DNA from: an uncultured Gemmatimonadota bacterium
Lineage (GTDB): Bacteria; Blakebacterota; Blakebacteria; Blakebacterales; CAYUVJ01
Length of the DNA: 64,000 bases
Assembly (NCBI GenBank): GCA_964519015.1
Contig: CAZFHZ010000006.1
Coordinates: 18-64,017, forward strand
Direction: 5' to 3'
Positions 57,620-64,000 of the stretch are shown piece by piece. Under the pieces are notes generated by a model. It saw nothing but the letters and a program-made list of their open reading frames with translations, did not search any database and was not told the DNA's origin. How positions within the stretch are numbered: the stretch's first letter is position 1; every line of letters starts with the position of its first letter. The position numbers and the translations under genes were made by a program.

Positions 57620-59068
57620 ATGAACCTGTCGAGCCCGACCCTGCTCTTCTGCGCCCGCGAAGAGCTGGAGACCCAGTTGCGCGGACAGATCCAGGAGGGC
57701 GCCACCTACCTGGTGCGGGCCCCCCACTGGGAGGCCTTCTCGCGCCTGGTGGCCCAGCTCGTGTTCGGGGTCGTGGTGGTCGACTTCCGCCTCCTGGTGG
57801 ACCGGGAGAGTGCGCTCGATCCCGCCGCCCTCGAGCGACTGGTCGAAGAGGCGGCCGAGTCGAACGCCCAGGTGCGCCTGCTGGTCTTCGATGTGCCCGG
57901 CGAGGGACTCTTCGAGACCCTGCTCACCGCCGGAGTGCACGACGTGCTGCTGGAACCGGTGGCCCTGCGGGAACTGGTCCTGCGCCTGGAGCGCGCCCTG
58001 GACGCCTACGCCTGGCTCGCCCAGCGTAACTACTACGTCGGCAAGAGCGGTCACATCTTCCGGGTGGAGGACATTGTCGGGGACAGTCCCGGCATGCTCC
58101 AGATCTTCGATCAGGTGCGCCGGCTGGCCCCCAGCCGCACCCCCGTGCTCATCACCGGCGAGACCGGTTCGGGCAAGGAACTCATCGCCGCCGCCATCCA
58201 CTACAACAGCCCGCGCCGGGAAGGGCCCTTCATCAAGGTCAACTGCGCCGCCCTGCAGGACACCCTGCTCGAGTCCGACCTGTTCGGGCACGAGAAGGGT
58301 TCCTTCACCGGCGCGGCCCGTCAGCGGATCGGCCGCTTCGAGCAGGCCCACGGCGGCACCCTCTTCCTGGACGAGGTGGGGGAGATGAGCCCGGCCGTGC
58401 AGGCCAAAGTGCTGCGGGTACTCCAGACCCAGGAGTTCGAACGGGTCGGCGGCACCCGGCTCATCCGGGTCGACGTGCGTCTGATCGCGGCCACCAACCG
58501 CGTGCTTGAGGAAGCCATCGCCGCCGGGACCTTCCGGGAGGACCTCTACTACCGGCTCAACGTGGTGACCATCCACATGCCGCCGTTGCGGGAGCGGCAG
58601 TCCGACATCCCCCAGCTGGCCCGCTTCTTCCTCAAGAAGGCACGGTACGAGGAACGCAGCCGGGTCGAGGACTTCGACCCCGAGACGCTCGCCTTCCTAA
58701 CAGAGTACCCCTGGCCGGGGAACGTGCGGGAACTGGAGAACACGGTCTATCAGGCGGTCCTGCTGGCCTCCGACCGTCTCATCCATGTCGAGGACCTGGC
58801 CGTCTACCACCGCCCGCGCCATCCGGCCGGAGCCGGCGTGCCGACGGCGGGGAGCACGGCCGGGCCGGCTCCCTCACCGCCGGCGCCGGAGGGCCTCGAC
58901 CTGGAGGAACTGGAGCGGCAGACCATCCTGCGGGCCCTGGACCAGAACGGCTGGGTGCAGAGCCGGGCGGCCGCCCGGCTCGGGGTGAGCCGGCGCGCCC
59001 TCAACTACAAGATCGCCAAGTTCGGATTCACCCACCCGAGCTGGCGGGTCCACCGCGGTCCGGCCTGA
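57620..59068 (+). CDS. Sigma-54-dependent transcriptional regulator (Fis-family enhancer-binding protein) with atypical N-terminal domain
   Basis: Start at MNLSSPTLL (ATG 57620); AAA+ sigma-54 interaction domain GETGSGKE, GSFTGA; C-terminal HTH (QSRAAARLGVSRRALNYKI). Confidence 0.85.
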   Translation: MNLSSPTLLFCAREELETQLRGQIQEGATYLVRAPHWEAFSRLVAQLVFGVVVVDFRLLVDRESALDPAALERLVEEAAESNAQVRLLVFDVPGEGLFETLLTAGVHDVLLEPVALRELVLRLERALDAYAWLAQRNYYVGKSGHIFRVEDIVGDSPGMLQIFDQVRRLAPSRTPVLITGETGSGKELIAAAIHYNSPRREGPFIKVNCAALQDTLLESDLFGHEKGSFTGAARQRIGRFEQAHGGTLFLDEVGEMSPAVQAKVLRVLQTQEFERVGGTRLIRVDVRLIAATNRVLEEAIAAGTFREDLYYRLNVVTIHMPPLRERQSDIPQLARFFLKKARYEERSRVEDFDPETLAFLTEYPWPGNVRELENTVYQAVLLASDRLIHVEDLAVYHRPRHPAGAGVPTAGSTAGPAPSPPAPEGLDLEELERQTILRALDQNGWVQSRAAARLGVSRRALNYKIAKFGFTHPSWRVHRGPA

Positions 59069-59217
59069 GTCTTCCGATCGTTCCAACGGAACCGCCCCGG
59101 CCGGGGAGGGGGTGCATTCCTCCCTGAACCGGGGCGTCCCTTTCCGGGAGCGTCGGCCGTGCGTCCAGGGGCGGTCGCCGGCCGGCAGCCCTCCCGGTTT
59201 TCAAGATGATCGGGGCC

Positions 59218-59784
59218 TCACACCACCGAACGGATCTTCGCCAGCCGCTCTTCTAATTTTTCGAGCCGCTCGGCGACGCTGTTGGCCCCGATGAGTCCAA
59301 CCTGACTCTTGGTCAGATACCGGTAATAGTTGTTCAGCTCCCCGCGCATCTCGTCGAGCGCCGCGCGTACGACCCGCTGACGCCGGGCCAGGAACTGGAA
59401 GGCTTCGTTCGCCTGCTCGATCGTGAAACGCTCCCGCTCGCTCGCCTCGGGAGGGGTATCCACGACCGGGTAGCGGCCGCTCCGGACGGCCTGGAAGGCG
59501 ACATCGAGTCGCAGCCAGACATCATCCGCTTTGATCGCCCGACGCTCGGCCGCCAGCCGCCGGGCCCGCAGCGCGAGCAGCCGGGTTCCGGCCAGGGCGG
59601 CCAGCAGCAGCCCGCCCAGGGCGGCTGCGGCCAGACTCCAGATCGGCAGTGGCAGACGGGCGGCGAATCCGGAGGCTCCGATCAGGATGCCGATCATGGC
59701 CACCCCCAGGCCCAGGAGGGCCGCCGTCTGCCAGCGGCCTCGCCTTACGGCGTTCGTGCGTTCCATGGCGATTGAAGCATTCAT
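59218..59784 (-). CDS. Hypothetical membrane protein (2 TM) with C-terminal coiled-coil
   Basis: Start set at MNASIAMERT; TM helices ALLGLGVAMIGILIGA and LPIWSLAAAALGGLLLAALAG; upstream 106 codons look non-coding. Confidence 0.4.
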   Translation of the reverse strand: MNASIAMERTNAVRRGRWQTAALLGLGVAMIGILIGASGFAARLPLPIWSLAAAALGGLLLAALAGTRLLALRARRLAAERRAIKADDVWLRLDVAFQAVRSGRYPVVDTPPEASERERFTIEQANEAFQFLARRQRVVRAALDEMRGELNNYYRYLTKSQVGLIGANSVAERLEKLEERLAKIRSVV

Positions 59785-60052
59785 GGTATCGTCTCCCGCT
59801 GCGTAAACAACGCAAGCCGCATGCCAACCCGGGCCGGCGGACCGGTCCGTTCCGCCTCGATGGTCGTAACGCATTGTCCTGCATGGTAATACAGGATCAG
59901 AACGCGATCTTGGGGGGTCTTCCGACCGGCCTGGCGACCGAGGGATCCAGGGTACTAGGTCACCATATTGTAACAGTGATACGTTAACCGACCTGACTGG
60001 TACGTATTCGTAACAGGTGTTCGCTCCGCTGCCCGCGACGGCCGTAGTAGCC

Positions 60053-63000
60053 ATGAGAGACCGGGAACCGGCGCCCGCACGCCCCGCAATCCCGGTAGTC
60101 ACGTGTCTGGAGCCCGATTATCTTGACCGCATGGCCGAGCTCCCCCTGCCCCCCCAGCCTCCTCCCGGCCCTCCTTTCCGGATCGAACTGGTCTTCCGGC
60201 CCGAAGCCCGCGATGCACGGGGGGAGCGCGTGGTGACCAAGGCCGGCCGCGACCTGGGGATCCAGCTGCAGGGGGTCGAGACCCGCGACGTCTACCTGCT
60301 CGATGGCGCCTTCACCGGGCTGGAAGTAGAGCAGATCGCCCGCGCCTTCGAGGACCCGGTTGTGCAACAGGCCTGGGTGGGTGCCGCCCCGGCCGGGGTG
60401 TTCGACTGGGCCCTCCAGGTGGGCTTCAAACCGGGGGTGACCGACAACGTCGGCCGCACCGCCAAGGTGGCCGTCGCCGACCTGCTCGGCCGGCCGCTGG
60501 AAGAGGACGCGGCGGTCTACACGGCCACCTGCTACCTATTGCGCGGCCCGCGCGAGCGTGCGCAGGTGGAGCGGCTGGCCGCCGACCTGCTGGCCAACCC
60601 CCTCATCCACCGTATCGGGATCCGCTCCTTCGGGGAGTGGTCCACCCGGCCCCCCTCCGTGGAAGTCCCCCGCGCCCAGGGGAGCGGCGAGGTGGTGGTC
60701 CACCGCTTCGACCTCGAGGCCGGAGAGGAGCAGCTCCTCGAGTTGAGCCGCCGGAGCCTCTGGGCCCTCAACCGGGAGGAGCTGCGAGCCATCCGCGACC
60801 ACTTCCGGGAGCGGGGAGAGGACCCGGTCCGCCGGGCCGCCGGGCTGGGCGCCCAGCCCACCGACGTGGAGATGGAGACGCTCGCCCAGACCTGGTCGGA
60901 GCACTGCAAACACAAGATCTTCCACAGCCGCATCACCTACGAAGAAGCCTCGGGCGGGGGACGCCGGGAGATCGATTCCCTCTTCAAGACCTATATCAAG
61001 GGCGCCACCGCCACGGTCGCCGCCCAGGTGGACTGGCTCCTCTCGGTCTTCAAGGACAACGCCGGGGTGGTGCGCTTCACCGAGTCGACCGACCTGGTCT
61101 ACAAGGTGGAGACCCATAACAGCCCGAGCGCTCTCGACCCCTACGGCGGGGCGATCACCGGGATCGTGGGGGTCAATCGCGACCCCTTCGGCACCGGCCG
61201 GGGGGCCGAACTGATGGTCAACGTCTGGGGGTACTGCTTCGCCTCCCCCTTCTTCGACAGGGAGGTGCCCGAGGGGCTGATGCACCCGCGGCGCATCCGG
61301 GACGGGGTCCACCAGGGGGTCATCGACGGCGGCAACCAGTCGGGCATCCCCTACGGCCGCGGCTGGGAACTCTTCGACGAGCGCTACCTGGGCAAGCCGC
61401 TGGTCTACTGCGGCACGGTCGGCCTGATGCCGGCGGCGTTGACCGGCGGGGAGCCCGCCCACATCAAGGTGGTCGCTCCCGGCCATATCATCGTGATGGT
61501 CGGCGGCCGGATCGGCGCCGACGGCATCCACGGCGCCACCTTCTCCAGTCAGGAGCTGACCGCCGAGTCCCCCAGCCAGGCGGTCCAGATCGGCGATCCG
61601 ATCACCCAGAAGAAGATGACCGACTTCCTGCTCGAGGCGCGCGACCTCGGACTCTATACCAGCATCACCGACAACGGCGCCGGCGGACTCTCCTCGAGCG
61701 TGGGGGAGATGGCCACCTCGACCGGCGGGGCCGAACTAGACCTGGCCCTGGCCCCCCTCAAGTACCCCGGCCTGCAACCGTGGGAGATCCTGCTCAGCGA
61801 GGCCCAGGAGCGGATGACCGTGGCGGTGCCCCCCGACCGGCTCCAGGCCTTCCTCGACCTGGCCGGCCACCGCGAGGTGGAGGCGACCCCGCTGGGTCAT
61901 TTCACCGACTCCGGCTGGTTCCACGTCCGCTATGGGGAGCAGACTGTGGCCCTGCTCGACCTGGAGTTCCTGCACGAGGGGTGGCCCCGCTACCAACTTC
62001 CCGCCCGCTGGGACCCTCCCCCGGTCCGACAATTGGCGGGCACTTCGGCCTCCCCCGCCGAGGCCCTGCGGGGATTGCTGGCCTCCGACAACCTGTGCAG
62101 CAAGGAGTCGAAGGCGCGCCAGTACGACCATGAGGTGCAGGCCCGCACGGTGATCAAGCCCTTCACCGGGATTTCCTCCGACGTGCCGGCCGACGCCACC
62201 GTCTTCCTGGTCGACTACGACCGCCCGGAAGGGGTCGTGCTGGCCGAGGGGGTCAATCCCTGGTACAGCGACATCGACACCAGGGCCATGGCCCTGGCGG
62301 TCACCGACGAGGCGGTCCGCCGCCTGGTCGCGGCCGGGGCGCGCCCCGGCACGATCGCCGCCCTCGACAACTTCTGCTGGCCCGACCCGGTGCTCAGCCC
62401 GGCCACCCCCGATGGCCCCTACAAGCTGGCTCAGCTCGTGCGCGCCTGCGAGGGACTCTACGAGGCCTGCGTGGCCTACGGGGTACCGCTCATCAGCGGC
62501 AAGGACTCGATGAAGAACGACTCCACCCGGGGGGGAGTGAAGATCTCGATCCCCCCCACCCTGCTGGTGAGCGCCCTGGGGCGGATCGACGATGTGAGCA
62601 CCGCCCGCACCCCGGAACCGAAGGCGGCCGGGGACGAGGTCTGGCTGCTGGGCGAAACCCGGCCCGAGCTGGGCGCCTCGGAGTTCGCCCGCTGGATCCA
62701 GCGGGGGGCGCCGGGTCCGCAGGACGGCGCCGTCGGCGGCCGGCTCCCGGCCGTCGACCCGACCGGACTGGCCCGGCGCTACGAGCGCCTGCACGGCGCG
62801 ATCGCCGCCGGCCGGGTGGAGAGCGTCAAGACCCCGACCCTGGGCGGATTGGGCGTGGCCCTGGCCTGGATGGCCTTCGGCGCCGGACTCGGCCTCTCGA
62901 TCAACCTCGACCAGGTGCCGGTGGATGAACCGTGCGACCTCTGGGAACTCCTCTTCGCCGAGAGCGCCGGCCGCTTCCTGGTGACCGTGCGTCCCGGCGG

Positions 63001-63163
63001 AGGGCCGGCCCTGGAAGAAGCCCTGGCCGGAGAACCGCTGGCCCGGATCGGCACGGTGACCGCCGAGCCCCGCCTGCGCCTGGACGGGGAGGGGCGGACC
63101 GTGCTCGATGAGGACCTCCACGACTTGAAGGCGGCCTGGCAGGCGCCCATGGCGGGTCTGTGA
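60053..63163 (+). CDS. purL: Phosphoribosylformylglycinamidine synthase, large PurL with N-terminal PurS-like domain
   Basis: PurS-like N-terminus (FRIELVFRPEARDARGERVVTKAGRDLGI), AIR-synthase-related PurL core (HCKHKIFHS, HNSPSALDPYGGA, DNGAGGLSSSVGEM); start ambiguous (GTG 60017, ATG 60053 or ATG 60131). Confidence 0.85.
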   Translation: MRDREPAPARPAIPVVTCLEPDYLDRMAELPLPPQPPPGPPFRIELVFRPEARDARGERVVTKAGRDLGIQLQGVETRDVYLLDGAFTGLEVEQIARAFEDPVVQQAWVGAAPAGVFDWALQVGFKPGVTDNVGRTAKVAVADLLGRPLEEDAAVYTATCYLLRGPRERAQVERLAADLLANPLIHRIGIRSFGEWSTRPPSVEVPRAQGSGEVVVHRFDLEAGEEQLLELSRRSLWALNREELRAIRDHFRERGEDPVRRAAGLGAQPTDVEMETLAQTWSEHCKHKIFHSRITYEEASGGGRREIDSLFKTYIKGATATVAAQVDWLLSVFKDNAGVVRFTESTDLVYKVETHNSPSALDPYGGAITGIVGVNRDPFGTGRGAELMVNVWGYCFASPFFDREVPEGLMHPRRIRDGVHQGVIDGGNQSGIPYGRGWELFDERYLGKPLVYCGTVGLMPAALTGGEPAHIKVVAPGHIIVMVGGRIGADGIHGATFSSQELTAESPSQAVQIGDPITQKKMTDFLLEARDLGLYTSITDNGAGGLSSSVGEMATSTGGAELDLALAPLKYPGLQPWEILLSEAQERMTVAVPPDRLQAFLDLAGHREVEATPLGHFTDSGWFHVRYGEQTVALLDLEFLHEGWPRYQLPARWDPPPVRQLAGTSASPAEALRGLLASDNLCSKESKARQYDHEVQARTVIKPFTGISSDVPADATVFLVDYDRPEGVVLAEGVNPWYSDIDTRAMALAVTDEAVRRLVAAGARPGTIAALDNFCWPDPVLSPATPDGPYKLAQLVRACEGLYEACVAYGVPLISGKDSMKNDSTRGGVKISIPPTLLVSALGRIDDVSTARTPEPKAAGDEVWLLGETRPELGASEFARWIQRGAPGPQDGAVGGRLPAVDPTGLARRYERLHGAIAAGRVESVKTPTLGGLGVALAWMAFGAGLGLSINLDQVPVDEPCDLWELLFAESAGRFLVTVRPGGGPALEEALAGEPLARIGTVTAEPRLRLDGEGRTVLDEDLHDLKAAWQAPMAGL

Positions 63164-63165
63164 CC

Positions 63166-64000
63166 ATGCCGGCCCGGCAGATGCAGAGCCTCCGGCCGCG
63201 CACCGCCACCCCCCCCCGGGTGCTCATCCCCACCGGCTTCGGCCTGAACTGCGAACGGGAGACCGCCCTGGCCTGCCGGCTGGCCGGGCTGGATCCCCAT
63301 CAGGTCCATCTCAACGACCTGCTGGCCGGCCAGGTCCACCCGGCCGATTACGGCCTGGTGGTCATCATCGGGGGCTTCGCCTTCGGCGACCACCTGGGCG
63401 CGGGCAAGGTGCTGGCCTCCCGCCTGACCCACCGGCTCCCCGAGTCGCTGGCCGCTTTTGTGGACCGCGGCGGGCTGCTGCTGGGCATCTGCAACGGTTT
63501 CCAGACCCTGACCAAGATGGGCCTGCTCCCCCGCCTCGACGGGGAGGTCGTCCAGACCGTGACGGTCACCACCAACGCCCGCGGCCGCTTCCACGACGGG
63601 TGGGTCCGGCTGGCCGGGGATCCCGCTTCCCCCTGCGTCTTCACCCGGGGGCTCGACCGGCTGGAGGCGCCGGTCCGACACGGCGAGGGGATGGTGGTGG
63701 CCCGTGACCGGGGTCTGCTCGAACGCCTGGAGGCCGAACACCTGGTGCCCGTCCGCTACGTCGATGACCAGGGGCATCCCACCGAGGTCTTCCCCTGGAA
63801 CCCGAACGGTTCCCCCGGCGGCATCGCCGGCCTGTGCGATGAGACCGGCCGTATCTTCGGACTGATGCCCCACCCGGAGGCCCACCACTCCCCCTTCCTC
63901 CACCCGCAGTGGCCGCGGATGCAGCGGGAGGGGACCCTGCCGGCCTCCGGACCCGGGCTGCTCGTCTTCCGCAACGCCCGGGACTGGCTGCTGGAGCGGG
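63166..64000 (+). CDS. purQ: Phosphoribosylformylglycinamidine synthase glutaminase subunit PurQ (5' part, runs off window end)
   Basis: MPARQ...RVLIPTGFGLNCERETA...GGFAFGDHLG...LLGICNGFQ class-I glutamine amidotransferase (Cys in GICNGFQ). Confidence 0.85.
   Translation, partial: MPARQMQSLRPRTATPPRVLIPTGFGLNCERETALACRLAGLDPHQVHLNDLLAGQVHPADYGLVVIIGGFAFGDHLGAGKVLASRLTHRLPESLAAFVDRGGLLLGICNGFQTLTKMGLLPRLDGEVVQTVTVTTNARGRFHDGWVRLAGDPASPCVFTRGLDRLEAPVRHGEGMVVARDRGLLERLEAEHLVPVRYVDDQGHPTEVFPWNPNGSPGGIAGLCDETGRIFGLMPHPEAHHSPFLHPQWPRMQREGTLPASGPGLLVFRNARDWLLER

Noticed and set aside
59785-60135. ZTP (pfl) or purine riboswitch upstream of purL
   Set aside because: Neither the purine-riboswitch conserved loops nor the ZTP 5' and 3' subdomain consensus could be matched by eye. 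Only a short TGACTGG fragment resembles ZTP. The region is kept as an unclassified candidate regulatory leader in findings.

Overview
This is a high-GC (~68-70% by eye) chromosomal segment from a Gram-negative-type bacterium: it encodes LPS heptosyltransferase and LpxL, outer-membrane beta-barrel proteins and many lipoproteins. Coding density is high, with many 4-bp start/stop overlaps and a strong strand bias; about 22 kb (26.7-48.6 kb) is almost entirely minus-strand genes. Housekeeping core: the conserved yceD-rpmF-plsX-fabH-fabD-fabG-acpP-fabF-rnc cluster, ndk, sucCD, greA, mnmA, a purL (PurS-fused) gene followed by purQ, and bshC. Regulatory and accessory content: an ECF sigma / anti-sigma / DUF4097 operon; a GAF-PP2C phosphatase divergent from a STAS protein; a degenerate GGDEF protein; two sigma-54 enhancer-binding proteins, one in a histidine kinase / orphan SBP / exported protein / alkaline phosphatase / OMP cluster; a MarR-EmrA-EmrB efflux operon; a short (YtrA-like) GntR with an ABC transporter; and three paralogous NHL-like 6-bladed beta-propeller proteins, each next to a regulator. 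Most notable observations: (i) a ~3.6-kb, modestly lower-GC segment (beta-propeller protein, ABC-2 permease, ABC ATPase, YtrA-like GntR) bounded by imperfect direct repeats derived from the 3' end of the adjacent SpoIIM-like gene, one copy expanded into a 15-bp x5 tandem array; (ii) a conserved ~36-nt AT-rich element present twice, in the intergenic regions upstream of acpP and ndk; (iii) an orphan carbamate kinase translationally coupled to a cyclic-2,3-diphosphoglycerate-synthetase-family P-loop protein; (iv) an exported lipoprotein of the arginine-deiminase superfamily. No tRNA, rRNA, CRISPR, transposase or integrase was recognised. Coordinates taken from my own reading of the numbered sequence may be off by 1-2 nt; ORF-track coordinates were used wherever possible.
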